Shown here one piece after another: positions 1 through 12,759 of a stretch of 64,000 nucleotides of DNA. A program made the position numbers and the translations under genes. The DNA comes from Camelus dromedarius (taxonomy: Eukaryota): positions 7,688,001 to 7,752,000 of the forward strand of contig NC_087436.1 of the NCBI RefSeq assembly GCF_036321535.1. The letters run 5' to 3'. How positions within the stretch are numbered: position 1 is the first letter of the stretch; the number at the start of each line of letters is the position of its first letter. The notes beneath the pieces were generated by a model that had not been told where the DNA came from, did no database searches, and saw nothing but the letters and a program-made list of their open reading frames with translations.

Positions 1-443
1 CTCTCTCCTTGTGGGTTGTCTCCGGATGGTTGGAGACAGCCAGGGGAAGGGTGAGGTGTGAACAGATCAGAGGTGTAGTACCCACTCAGGGAGTTTCGGC
101 TGAGGCTGAATTTTTGTAATGAAAGAACTTTGCTTGTATGTTGGGAGCCAAAAGCTCAAAGCAGAAAGACTACCTCTGAGAAACTGTCCATTTGACCGAA
201 ATTGGCCAAGCAAGACCCCATGATCAGCTAGTATTTAAGAAACACTCCTGAAATACTGATAGCCTGGAGACAGTGACAAGCTCAGATCCAGAGATCCAGA
301 CATCCTGCTTATTCCAATGCACTAAGCAGCTCAGGTTTACCACCCAGAGTGAATAGATAGATCATTCCATATACAGTAGCCACCCAGAGGAAGTACTTGC
401 TATTTGTTAATTGCCTGGGGCTGTCCTGTACACCTTAAATTAC

Positions 444-517
444 TGTGTGTGTGTGTGTGGGTGTGTGTGTTTGTGTGTGTGTGTGGGTGTGTGTGTTTTT
501 GTGTGCGTGTGTGTGTG
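444..517. repeat. Imperfect (TG)n microsatellite
   Basis: Directly visible TG dinucleotide array; it explains the CV-rich ORF 411-674. Confidence 0.97.
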
Positions 518-1136
518 CCGAGGTGGGGCGCTGGCCTGTGATTCCTTTCAGACTTTAGTTTTCCATTTTCTATCACCTTCTCTTACTAAACACTTACGTA
601 TCTTTCCCCAAGTCTCCTCAGGAGAAACTTTTCACTTGATATTCAATGCATCAATTAATTTATGGGCCTCTTAACTTATAAATATCAACACTGACAGGTG
701 ACTGACAGGTCATGTCTTTATATAAAAATTGTATGCATATTTAATAGTTAATGCTGGATTCATTTTAAAAAATCCTAGTTATTTCTACAAGGCATACTTT
801 TTAAGCATATCATTTGTTTTGAACTTTATACGGAGCATAAATGTGGGAACAATTTTGTTTTATTTCCAAATCTGATACAATGACAGACTTAGAATCTATT
901 TATAGACATTGACACCTGTAATAAACAGAAGCTAAATGTTCCTCTAGAACTTAAACATTGGCCTTATTCAATGTTGCATCTGAAAAGGATACGTTGGTCA
1001 ACTGGGGTTACAATAAAATTGATAAATCAAAAAAGGAATAAAAAAAGAAAGGAGGAAGAAAGAGAGGGAGGGAGGATGGAAGAAGGGTGGATTAAAAAAG
1101 GGAGAGAGAGGAAAACGAGGAAGAGTGAGTATATTT

Positions 1137-1290
1137 TATTATTTATTTAATTTTTTGTTTTGTTTTGTTGTTTTTTGTTTTGGGGGAGGTAATTAGGTCT
1201 TTATTTATTTTGATGGAGGTACTGGGGATTGAACCCAGGACCTTGCACATGCTACGCATGCACTCTGCCACTCAGCTATACCCTTCCCTC
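1137..1290 (-). mobile_element. tRNA-Ala-derived SINE (camelid Vic-1-like)
   Basis: Reverse complement reads GGGTATAGCTGAGTGGCAGAGTGCATGCGTAGCATGTGCAAGGTCCTGGGTTCAATCCCCAGTACCTCCA plus A-rich tail. Perfect 16-bp TSD aagagtgagtatattt at 1121-1136 and 1291-1306. Confidence 0.93.
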
Positions 1291-2774
1291 AAGAGTGAGT
1301 ATATTTCACAACATTTGAGATGATCTGCTTAGGTCCCTCATGTAACGTCAGAAGCACATAGTTGATGCTTACTTGCACGGAATACTAGAGAACATTGTAA
1401 ATTGGCATAATTCAGATTGTCTGGAAGCTCATCTTAAAATATGAAGATTCTATAAAGGTCCTTTCTCTTTCAGGGATCTGGGAATCTTGGAGAAACAACT
1501 TAGTTCTACACCATTATGCAGTTAGAATTAAGAATATAATGTTGGAAGTGGCCGTTTTCAGTGTTGAATTTTTAATTTTTCACTTTAAAAAACTTTTAGA
1601 ATATATTTGTGTTTGCATTTTATTAATAAGTATAATATTAATTTATTAATAAAGTTATATTATATCATGTTATAAAATTTGTTTTAATTAAAAAACTCCC
1701 AATTTACAGAAGTAATGTTAATAGTTTAAATCTGCAGACTACATGTTTAAGTGATTTTTAAGTTTATTAAAAAAAGATTATCTAAACTACTCTCAACAGT
1801 TCTGTGGGTTTAATTTTAACATTCTGTAAATATATTTATATTATCTGTTAACTCTCATAGAATTATTAGGATTATTCTGCCATTTATAACTTAACATTTT
1901 TACAATTTGTGTCTATATCACTATTATTGGATATGGTTATATATTATTTTGAAGCTATAGTAAGCCCAAAGTTATTCCATTGTTTTATCTTTAGACCATT
2001 GGATCACTCCCTCCCTTGGAATTCAATAATATATTAATAAAGCAAAAGAATTTATGTGAACATAAAAGCAATATTCCAGATACTTTATAATTTGAAGGTA
2101 AACAAAAAATGCAAAATACTTACTTTTAGAAATTTTTATAAATAGGATAAACAGCTGGCTACCTTGATTCATCTAGATATAATTTCAAGTCAAGATAGGA
2201 AGCTAAATTTAAAAACCTCAGAATTTTCTCATTTCTACAATTAAAAAGATATCCAGTGTATTTTGACTTGAATTTTTTCCCTTGAAAAATCTTTAAAATA
2301 TTGTACAGCTAAATGTTATTCCAACTTTCCTTGACTGTGTAATTTCACAGAAATAATGATGCAATTTACCTTTCTTTTTCCCCCAAAGAGGAGAAGTAAA
2401 ATAAAATTTGACCTCTTAGAGAAGTTGATACAATAAGTATAATTCTATGATGCTGAGGATTTCCAGAAATGGTTGGAAAGCACAGAGTTCTGCAGGAATA
2501 ATTTCTTTTCCCCAAACTTCAATTTGGCCCAGCAGGGCTGATGCTTCAAAGCTTCTGAAAACATTCACTTGTGCTGATAATGTACTTATGGTCATTGGAG
2601 CTAAATACGTGTTCCTGTGCAGGGTTATTATTCCTTCAAACAAAATATTATAACACATGTTAGTAAAAAACCCACATCCATCCTGCATCAAATACAAAAG
2701 CAAATAACAACCACAAAAACCTATGGCATTAACTCTGTGACTTTTGTCAAAGATTAATCTCCCTAAGCCACCAT

Positions 2775-3150
2775 TGATTTAGCCATTTATTCAATCAATC
2801 GTACAACAAATGTTTATTGAGTTTCTAATACTTGTGTGATACTGCTCTTGGCTTTTGCTGAGGGGTGGATGTTGAGAAGAGACTCATCATTGCTCAATTT
2901 TATGGTCTAATTTTGGAAAGAAAATAAGCCTATAGACACTTAATTTGTGCAAAAAAAAATGAATGAAATAAAAAATGAACAGAATGGCAATGTGTTAATG
3001 GCAATATATTAAACAAAGAATTACTGTGAGCCTTCTATGTGCCAGATATTGTTTCAGGTACTCAAGACTTATCAGTTACTCAAAGATACAAATCCCTGCC
3101 CTGTGGAACTTATTCTAGAGACACAGACAATACACAGAGGACATATGAAA
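2775..3150 (-). mobile_element. L2 3'-end fragments
   Basis: cattta(t)tcaa...caaatgtttattgag and gagccttctatgtgccag...ccctgccctgtggaactt match the reverse of the L2 3' terminus as recalled. Confidence 0.6.
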
Positions 3151-3154
3151 CTCT

Positions 3155-3660
3155 AGTAGGGAGGAACAAATCTGACTCCATACTAGATCTGTTCCTTTGG
3201 CTCTAACCCTGTGCTCTGTTTCCCGGGCTCAGTCACGCTGGTTCTGCACCTTTTGTAACAGAATGCTGCCTAGAGCCTGAAATATACAGGAGAGCCCATC
3301 CTCAAGGCTCTGACCTTTAAAGATATTAATACTTTTCCATTCATATCAAGATAACACGTTGCAGAAAAGGAACACTATGACCTGGCTCATATGTCCATGT
3401 CCTTTGCTTCAAGAACAAAGGATTCCAACACCAAGAAGTTTGCAACAATCAGCCACACTCCTTCCTTTTTTTAGCCCTTTTTTAGTATAAAAATAGCCTG
3501 AATTCTGACTTAGGTAACAAATTTCTTTGGAACACTAGTCCCCCCATCTTCTTGGTCTGCTGGTGTTCCAAATAAAGTCACTATTCCTTGCCCTGACAAC
3601 TCATCCCTCGATTTAGTAGCCTGTTGTGTGGTGAACAGTAGGAGCTTGAACTCCATGACA
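3155..3660 (+). mobile_element. Solo LTR (ERV1-like)
   Basis: About 505 bp. Begins (a)gtagggaggaacaaatctgactcca, has a TATA-like gtataaaa near 3485 and AATAAA at 3571, and ends tgaca. Interrupts L2 sequence. Confidence 0.75.
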
Positions 3661-3703
3661 AAGCGAGAACATTATTATAGTGTGCTAAAAGGTGATAAGC
3701 CCT

Positions 3704-3806
<103 letters not shown>

Positions 3807-5527
3807 GGCAGGAATGAAAATATTGGGAGTGCGGGAAAAAGGAATGCATTGTAAGTAACAGTGGTCAAAGACCTTTAGAGCGTGGAGTTTGCTATGGGCT
3901 TCAGCAGTCATGCATGGGAGGAGTAGGGCAGAAGCTGCGCAAAGCTTTGGTATGCAGATAGAAGAGAGAGGGCTTTCCAGAATATAAGCAGTAGTAAGTA
4001 TTGAAAATAAAAATCATTCTAATTTTTTTTCTCTTGAAACTAAGATAAGGCAGAGATTGTCAAATGTTTTAAAGTTCAGTAACTTATAATAGGTCTCATA
4101 AAATGGGACTTATAAACAAGATGAAGTAAAACTGTTAAGGTTAATTGAACATATTTCTTAGGTTATGCCCAGATCAGTCTGATCCTGGGAGGATAAGGGA
4201 ACCTCATATATCTCCAGGAAGTCATCACAATTGAGCGAGTTCAGCAACGTTGATACCATGTAGCCAAGCCTCAAGGGTGAAATACTGCATATATGAAAAT
4301 ACAGCAGCTTACTGGGTACCATTGTGAAATATATGGGTATGCATTTAAGTTTAAGCTTAACATGAAAGAAGATGGAGATTGTCTCGAGGCACAAGACTGA
4401 TATTTCCTGTAAGTGGTTCACATCTGTTCTCCCTGCTCTGGACAGGATGGCTCAGATAAGCGACTTCGCCAAAACCAAAGCTGCTAGTGTGTTTGGAATG
4501 AGAACTCATGTCTCTTGGATCTAATTTCAGGGCCCTCAAGGCACAGAACTCTTTTAATTCCTTCTTAATTATCCACTCACAAAATATTTATCACAGGCCT
4601 ACTGTTTGTAAGTCATGTTGGTATGATCAGGCAATCTGGCAATCCGGCAGTGTCCACTTCACTGGGGACCTGATCAGCAATATCTGACTTGTTTATGAGA
4701 AACATCACTAAATCCCAAGGATATTGTAGGTGGGCACAGCATCCAGGGTTAATAAAAATGTATTATGACAGTTAGCACAAGGAAGGATGATGCACAGATC
4801 ACAGGATGCGGTGAGATACCTAGAATCTGGATTTATTTTAAAGGTTATTCCAACAGACTTGTGAATAAATAGGAGATGAACTATAAGACCAAAAAAAAAA
4901 AAAAAAGAGAGTTGAGGATGGCTAACCTAAGCCACTGACAGGTAATGAGAATTTCTTTGTTTTCTGGATGGATTGGATGAAGAAGTAAATCAGGGATTTG
5001 CTTTCTGTATATGCATTAGACTAATGATTAAGGTATTATTGTTAACGCTGGAGCGTTAGAGATTTTGGAGAAATTCACACAATAAATTCACAAAATAATG
5101 AATTCACACAATAAAAATTTATTTCTCACTCACCTGTAATCCAATGTAGATGTTCAGGTTGGAAAATTCTTCCAGATACTCTTCCCTTAAGACTGTCTCA
5201 TGGTTGGTCATGACTCTGAATCATCAATCTGTCCCTGTCTCATGGTTCTACCATCCTGTGGCTTCAAGGTCACCTTGTTGTCCTCCTCTAGAAGACAGAG
5301 CCAGCATTCACATTTTATATCTACTCCCAGCCTGTCAGGGAACCACAATGCTTCCACCTACATTTCACCACCCAGACTAAGTGGCTGAAGTCCACCTGGA
5401 AACGAGTTAGGAGAGAGAAACGCCACCCCTGAACGAGACCCTCTTTCTCGTCAGCTCTTAGCCAAAACTTTGGCAATCTCTAAGTCATCTCTGCTGTGTC
5501 CAGGTTAAGTCTGAGATTCTTATTATA

Positions 5528-6030
5528 CATAGAAGTGGAGATGTAAAAACTCGATTGACTGTATATAGGTCTGGAATACAGGGGACATGTCTGGGGTGAA
5601 GATGTAAATTGGAGAGTCTTCAGTGAAGAGACAGCATTTAAAGTCATGAGATGGCATCAAGTTTCCTAGGGGTTGGGCATAGATTAAAAAGAAGACATTC
5701 AAGTAAGAGGCCCTTATAGGTTGAGTAGATGAAGTGACAGAGCAAAGAAAAGGAAAGGAGATATCTGTGAAGGAGGAGAACAGAGACGGTGTTGCTTCCC
5801 TGAGGCTGAGCTGAGAACACATTCTGAGGCCGAATCACATGTATCCCACAGAGCTGCTGAGTGGAGTAAGGTGAATCCAGAGAATTGAGCATCCCACCTG
5901 CAGTGTGACCTTAAGAAGTATAGTTTTGTGCAGCAATGCGTTAGACGCCTGTTAAAGGTGAGTTTAAGAGAGGATGGACAGATGTGAACGGGAAACAGCA
6001 AATGTTGCAGATCTTTTGAGGAACTGTATG
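5528..6030 (-). mobile_element. L2 fragment
   Basis: gaagtggagatgt...ggtctggaatacaggggacatgtctggggtgaagatgtaaattggagagtc...tttaaagtcatgaga resembles the reverse strand of the L2 ORF2 3' region. Confidence 0.7.
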
Positions 6031-6144
6031 TTAGGACACAGCAATCCTTTTAATGAGTAAAGTCCTATAGTCAGTGTCTGAAATGCTTAGGAAAGAGTAT
6101 GCACTAAAACACCGGGCATTGCTGTAGGATACTAGTTCATTAAG
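5878..6144 (+). repeat. Arm A of a 267-bp inverted duplication
   Basis: Aligns without gaps to the reverse complement of 11767-12033, with about 30 mismatches by hand count. Confidence 0.95.
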
Positions 6145-8667
6145 ATATGGGTGATACGTTATTTTAGCAACATTACTGCACTCGGCTTCAAGACAAAAAA
6201 AAAAAAAAGGTTGGGTAAATATACCTTTACATCCTTATTTTTACCTCCTCACCTCCCATTTCTACCTGTTTTAGCATCATCCTCTGACTTTGAGGCATGT
6301 TTTTGTGTGTCTGAGCAAGTTTTTGAGCACTCTACTGCTCTGATGTCTTTCCAACCCAAATTATCCAGACTTGGAAAACAGGACGCTCATTTCTACAGAG
6401 TTCGACATTGAAATATTTTGATAGGAATTCTTACCAGGACAGTAAAAGAACTACAGCAGAAAAGTACAAAAAACTATATAGAAACAACTCTATCTCTAGA
6501 TAGAGTTCAATTCCATAGCTGAAATGTAGTCCAATTCTGATCTAGCTGGCAAAGAGCTTGGTGGAAAAAATTCTATTATTTTTCTTTTCTCAATCCCATG
6601 TGATCTGAACTCAGGGGAAAAGCAACTGGCCCTCCTCCCCTCTCAAAATGCCCAGAATAACTGTGATCCAAGCTGGGTGACCAGGGAGATAGAAAAGAGA
6701 CAAGAAAGAAACATGTGTAGACTAAGGAAAGTGCTGATCTCTTTACTAGCAATACAATTCAGGATATATATATACACACATATATATGTGCATATATATG
6801 TATGTTTATATTTATATATATCAGCTTAGTTGACTATGTTGTTTCTTGGAGGGGCAGGGTTTAGTGATGATGCAACTTAATGATTCTCTCTTTGTTTGAA
6901 TTTCTATCATGTGAACAGTGAAAATGCCTTAATGGAGAATAAAAGGAGTCTCCATTTTAAAAGTGAAGCTTGACTATCTCCACTAGGATTGCACATCAGC
7001 TTCAGAGATCCAAAGACACTAGCAAAAAAATAGAAAGAAAAATTGTATGACAGTGATGACTTTTATAAAATCGGGGAAAAGAAAATGACTTCAGGAAGAC
7101 ATAGCTAAAAAAAAGTACTATAAATATAAAATTTTTAAATAGATTTGCTGAGTAGCTTCTAGGCATCTGAGGCTTGCTTTCCTACTTTCTTTTTTTAAAC
7201 TAAAAGTTGTTTATTTGTCTCCCTTTCGACACAATCTTTGTCTCCCCTTCTGGGAGTTCCGGTACTTTACTTTAAGATCAGAAATATACACGGCTGCTGT
7301 TGGAGAATTCCTTCTAAAGGTCTTGGACTAAAAGAAAACCATCAGATTTTAGAAAGGATAGAGAAAGACACAAATTGACAGTGAAGGAAACATTTTTATT
7401 CTTGCCTCATTTCATTACAAGTCATGTAGACAATTGAAATAGAGGAGGAAAAACAGATATTCAGGAACAAATAACCCGCTACACTTGAAAACAGAAGCTT
7501 CTGAAGGAGGAAAGTGTTTTGAGATGGAAAGTGTGCCTGCCCCTGTTTCTTTGATGGGTTGTGACAGTGTGAGCTCTTGGGTAAAAATTATGGCAGGAAA
7601 ATCTTGGCTCATTAGCACTCCGTCTAGATGAAGTGTCAATATGATGATTACTGGAGATTTTTTTTTCTGAAATAGGGGCTTATTTGAACTAGATGAAGAG
7701 GGAATTACAACAAATTGAAAGTGGCATAGATTTTTCTGTTGTAAATCCCTGTGCTTCTCAATTGCTAGAATGGGAGAACGCTATTCTGGTGACACTTCTT
7801 GATCGCCCTTTATTCTTTCTTTCACTTGCTAACTTTTCAGGCTGCCTTCTCTGCATTCTGAGCGATTAGAACGCAGATTCATATTCCCTTGCTTCATTTC
7901 TCTCCGTACGGCTACAAGTGCTTTACAGATAGAATCATTTACCATGGGAGGTGGACAGTGTGATTAGATTTCTAAAGATGCATGACCCCGTGTGTGTTCG
8001 CTGGACCATCTGTCCTTTTTGGCACCACAATTTAAAAAACGGACAATTTTAAAATTCTTCCCTTGCATGCGATTTTGATTTTATTTTCTCCTGCTTGGAT
8101 GGCTTCCAATGTCAAGAACAGTAAGGGCTCCATTTCAAAATGGCCTGATGATTCAAAGAGCCAGAGTTGAATTGGGTTTTTTTTTGGGGGGGTGGGTTTA
8201 AAATGAACTTACTGAGATTCCCTAATTGAAAGCACATTCAGAAGGCAGTCCTGTGAATGGAAGGTGGCTGGTAACAGCAAGCTTTCTGCTCAAAAGCCTC
8301 ATTCACATGGCGGCATTCTGAAGAAAATGGAATTGGTAACTGCAGATTTTCTGAAATAAAACCGCATCCAAACAGCAGGATTTCTAAACAGAAGGTGACT
8401 TATCCCTATGTTCTAAAATTAAACCTATTTAAACTACATTCATTCTAAATGGAAATGTACTGTAGTTGTTTTCTACATTAAAGTCAAATTCAAATCATTG
8501 TCATCCTAAGAGCCAAGTAGCTTAAACAACGTCTGCCATGTATTGAAGATTTGTGTGTTCTTCATATTAGGGGCACAGAGTCATTTGGGGGAAAATGTTT
8601 TCCTTTTGTACTTGTTTCACATAGACCAGGATAGAAAAAAATATTACTTGAGGAAGATTACTCATTA

Positions 8668-9219
8668 TGTTAGGTAGTTAGATAAGTGGGGGCACCAGGC
8701 CAACGAGGTGGAGGAGAGGGTGGAGGGTCCGGAAGATGGCGTTATGCCCACCTCCAGCATAAAGGGGCTTTGCTTCCTCTAAACGAGTGCCAGCAAGAAT
8801 CTGGTTGGGACCCAACAGCCATAATTGTGCAGTAGTGACAAGGACCTAACCAGACATGACCCAGTGCTCATTGTAATATAATCAGCATTGCAGGTTAGGC
8901 CCCCATGGGTTTGTCTGTGTGCATCATGAGTAAGGACATGCGCAAAAGGGGATGAGCATGACTCAGCACTCCGGGGGCAAGAGCCATCAATCAGTCAAGA
9001 GACCCCCTCTAAGCCAGGGTGTAAGAGGAAGGGGGCAAACAAAGACCACTGCTGTCTGCCCTTGGATCAGCCCGCCTCCCATTCTTGGAGGGGTACTTTC
9101 CCTTTGCTAAATAAAACCTTTAAAATCTTTCACCACAAAACTTCTGTCTCCTGTCTAAATTCTAATCTTTTGAGTAAGACAAGAACTGAGGTCTTTTCCC
9201 GTCCCCTCCTGGGGTAACA
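8668..9219 (+). mobile_element. Solo LTR (ERV1-like)
   Basis: TGTTA...TAACA inverted termini, AATAAA at 9110, and a near-perfect 4-bp TSD atta/acta. Confidence 0.85.
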
Positions 9220-9752
9220 ACTAGTAAGATGTGAGACTTGTTTCAAGTTTCAACATAGTAGAAACAACGTGTGACATGTATCAATCAACTTACTTCTCAG
9301 AGAAAGAAACCACCTTAGGGGCTTGCTGTCTTTATGTTATACGGGGAACTCAGACTATAGAAATAATATTGGTATACACTTTGTGGTTAAAACAACAACA
9401 ACAACAAAAAGACCAAAAAATGGCTTATTAGTGAATTGCTCAACAGAATGAGGAGAGTGAGAAGGACTATGAAAGCTGCTGTGGCGTTACGATTCTTCCT
9501 GTCAGAGATATGAAGCTGACTGTATAAAATTCACCAGCCCGATTCTCGTTATGGATCCTAACACATCACTTAATGGCTTAATGAGAAATCGAACACGAAC
9601 TGATTACGTAAAAATGAAGACTTTTACTCACTTATCTGTAGTTACAAATAATAAAACCAAGAACAGAGTTGAACACTGGTATTAACGCATTACACACAAA
9701 GATATATATACAATGTATATAACATTTACCTCTTTAAACACTTTCACATTAG

Positions 9753-9764
9753 CTCAAAATCCAG
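9753..9764 (+). CDS. Candidate 12-nt coding micro-exon (x-Q-N-P-)
   Basis: Pyrimidine-rich tract ending cattag|CTCAAAATCCAG|gtaagt with a consensus donor. Frame-preserving length; lies 133 nt upstream of a strong acceptor. Confidence 0.45.
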
Positions 9765-9897
9765 GTAAGTTATCCTCATCACCAGCTGCAACTTTGTCTC
9801 TTTCAAAGTGTGTTTCATCCAAGTGTCTGAATGAGGAGGATAAAAGAGTTTTCCCAGTGCTGTGTTTTGTATATTTTGTACGTTTTTTCCCCTAAAG

Positions 9898-9953
9898 CTG
9901 ATGAGACTCAACATGCTCGCTACTATCTGCAAAACGAGTATCCGGGAGTCTAA
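9898..9953 (+). CDS. Candidate terminal coding exon of an unidentified gene (...ADETQHARYYLQNEYPGV*)
   Basis: Strong acceptor tgtattttgtacgttttttcccctaaag-like tract ending at 9897. Phase-1 frame is open to TAA at 9951-9953. Local CpG retention, non-repetitive downstream sequence, and ATTAAA at 10391 and 10596. Protein not recognised. Confidence 0.5.
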
Positions 9954-10839
9954 CTGACAACCAGTAGTTCCTTCGCGTTTTTCCTGCGTGGAATTCATGG
10001 CCTTTGCCTTGTTGCAGCAGGTGTTCTGAGCAGCACCCGCTGTGTCTCCCGACGTGGCTCTTTATGCTTGTGTTCTGCCTAAAATGAGAGCGGGAAAGGG
10101 AAGAAAGAAACAAATCAGCTTTATCTCCCAAGTCCTTTCCATCAGGCTAGTGTGGTCACCATAATTAATCCCTGGAGAACTAGAACCAAGCGGAAGTATA
10201 AACCTCTTCAAAGGATGCTTCTGACTCCTTATTTACCATCTCACTTAGCATCTGAAGACACCAGAGAAGCACCGCTTGGGCATTTTACCAGACATGATTC
10301 AAGAGTTTTCTTTTTCATTGACACTGAACAATGAATTGAGATAAACACTGTTCTGATGTTATTACTAGTATTAAGCAAAATACATCTTACATTAAATTGC
10401 CTAATTCAGCTGAGAGAAGCTGAAGTGAAAGGTATTTGAGACACCCAAGTAATGCACTTTAAAATAGGTGATCCATATATTTGGGTCAGTTTTTAGGAAA
10501 TTAGGTAAAAAGAAATAATGAATTATTTTTATTTTCAGAATAGTGAATGCAAAACATACACCTTTACTTACTAGAAAAATAATTTCTATAACTCAATTAA
10601 AGCTGGCATTTAGCAAGTAAGTGATAATACAAATGGCCATGAGTTGTGGAATGAATTGTGAGGGAAGAGATTGAATCTGTGTATTTCATTGGACCATATT
10701 CTCAGCCATTTTGTCCTTGGACCATGAGGTCACAAGGAATCTCTCCAAAGTCAATTCTGTCTTTTAAATGCCCTATTTTAGTAAATTCTTGCACCATTCT
10801 CATTGTCCTCCAGACTTAATATTGTGGGCTAATTGTTTT

Positions 10840-11770
10840 TTGTCAGCTTTATTTATATACATTTACCTAGAAGATGTGCAGGTTGTAAGTGTACGGTTCA
10901 ATGAGTTTTGTCTACTGTATATTCCAACGTGATCACCACTAAAAACAAAGCATATTTCTAACACTTTTCAAAGTTCCAGGGAACCCCCATTGCCTGATCG
11001 GGGAACCCCTCATATAATTTCTATCACTACACCTTTGTTTTGCCTGTTTGGAACGTCATATGAATGGAATCTTACAGCAGGTAGTCATTATGCTTTTAGT
11101 TTCTTTTATTAAACGTGACTCCGAGATTCACCCATGATGTTGCATACGTAGCAGTGTGTATATTTCACTACTGAGTAGTGTTACCTTACGTGAAGAGACC
11201 ACAATTGTTTTCACCTCTTTTCTCTTTAATGGACATTTGCATTCTATGTAGTTATTGGCTACTATGAAAGAAATGGCTATGTGTAAACTTTTTTCTTCTT
11301 TTTCTTTCTCAGATAGGATATTAGGTGAGTGATTAGTGGGTACTTTTTCAAATTGAGAAACTGTCATTCTTTCTCTGGTTTGCTGTGAATTCTTTACTTC
11401 CTTTAATCCTAAGTGGGGGCTGAATTCGTCAAATGCTATTTCAGTTTAAGTGGGATCATTATATTTCTCCTTTATTCTTTTAATATGGTGAATCATATTA
11501 ACATTTATTTTTATAATAGATTTATGACATATTTCATACATCATAGAATTCACTCATTTCAAGTGTACAGTTCAGTGGTTTAAGTGTATTTATTGTCACT
11601 ACAATCCATTTTAAAAAAAATCAAAAAGAAACCTCTATCCATGAACACTCAGTCTCCATTTCCTCCCAAACACCTCAGCCCTAATCTCTTTTTTTGTCTC
11701 AGTAGTTTGCTTATTTTGAACATTTCATGTAAATGGAATACGTGGACTTTTGTGATTGGCTTCTTTCTCA
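10840..11770 (-). mobile_element. Cluster of old L1 fragments (3' ends and an ORF2 piece)
   Basis: cagctttatt...aagtgtacggttcaatgagttttg and tttcaagtgtacagttcagtggtttaagt are L1M-type 3' ends on the minus strand. Confidence 0.75.
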
Positions 11771-12033
11771 GTTAATTAGCACCCTGAAGCAATGCCAGGT
11801 GTCTCAGTGCATACTCTTTCCTAAGCATTTCAGACACTGACTACAGGACTTTACTCATTAAAAGGATTGCTGTGTCCTCACATGCAGTCCCTCAACAGAT
11901 CTGTAACATTTGCTGTTTCCAGTTCAAATCTGCCCATCCTCTCTTAAACTCACTCTTAACAGGCGTCTAGCGCATTGCTGCACGAAACTATCCTCCTTAA
12001 GGTCACATTGCAGACGGGATGATCAATTCTCTG
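11767..12033 (-). repeat. Arm B of a 267-bp inverted duplication
   Basis: Reverse complement of 5878-6144, embedded between L1 fragments. Confidence 0.95.
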
Positions 12034-12049
12034 AACATATCTACAAACA

Positions 12050-12460
12050 TCATCTACAATTATCTGTTTGACTGTTGAGTCCTGTGTCACAAGTCCCAGA
12101 TACTCTGGTCATTTTATTTCAATTGATTTTTCACTGTTCTTCAGTTTAAACGTTTCTATTGACTGGCCTTGTGTTTATTCTGCTGTTAATCCCTTCCTGT
12201 GATTTTTTTTTTTAATCAGATATATTTCTCACTTTCAGAATTTCAATTCGTCTCTTTTTTACAGTTTCCAAATCTCTTCTGAAATTCATCTCTTAGCTTA
12301 TCATATCTATTTTTATGTTAAAGATATTTTCATAGATATGTTAAAATTCTTTATTGGTGATTGCATTTGGACTGCGTGTGGCTCTGTTTATATTTTCTAA
12401 TTTTGTTTTTATCTAGAGGCCATGTTCTTCTGATTTTCTTTCCTTTGTTAGGCAATTTAA
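12050..12460 (-). mobile_element. Old L1 fragment (ORF1-region-like)
   Basis: T-rich text such as tttctattgactggcc...tctgctgttaatccct...tttcagaatttcaatt typical of antisense L1M. Confidence 0.5.
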
Positions 12461-12759
12461 GAGCCAGGATACAAGGATAGTAGTTTGATCCAACCAGATA
12501 ATTAGATTTTGAGCAGCATTGGAGTAGGGTTATGGTTTTAGTTCTGCTATGGCTTTAGGAACAAGGAGTCTAAGATCTATGCTTTCAAATATTCTCAACT
12601 TCTGCATGGCTAAAGGGCTCATAATTTCATTAAAACAGAAATTTAATTAGGTGATAATTAGGTGAGACTCAGATCACCTCTGTTGGAAAATGCTTTATGA
12701 GTTCAGGCTTCTCTCTCAAGAAGAGAGTGCCTTGTGTTTTCAGACCTCACGCTGCAATA

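Noticed and set aside
411..674. Cys/Val-rich ORF
   Set aside because: Translation of a (TG)n microsatellite; the same applies to ORFs at 3675, 49871, 49885 and 58033.
1540..2700. AT-rich block and ORFs 2416-2703 / 2447-2653 as exons or a transposase remnant
   Set aside because: No consistent splice pair or convincing motif; only a faint LAVQYF similarity to hAT proteins.
4158..4539. Exon-like segments on either strand
   Set aside because: Acceptors are weak and no frame gives a recognisable peptide.
9996..10079. Minus-strand last exon AEHKHKEPRRETQRVLLRTPAATRQRP*
   Set aside because: The acceptor is weaker and has no partner donor nearby. The + strand donor/acceptor pair explains the region better, though this reading is not fully excluded.
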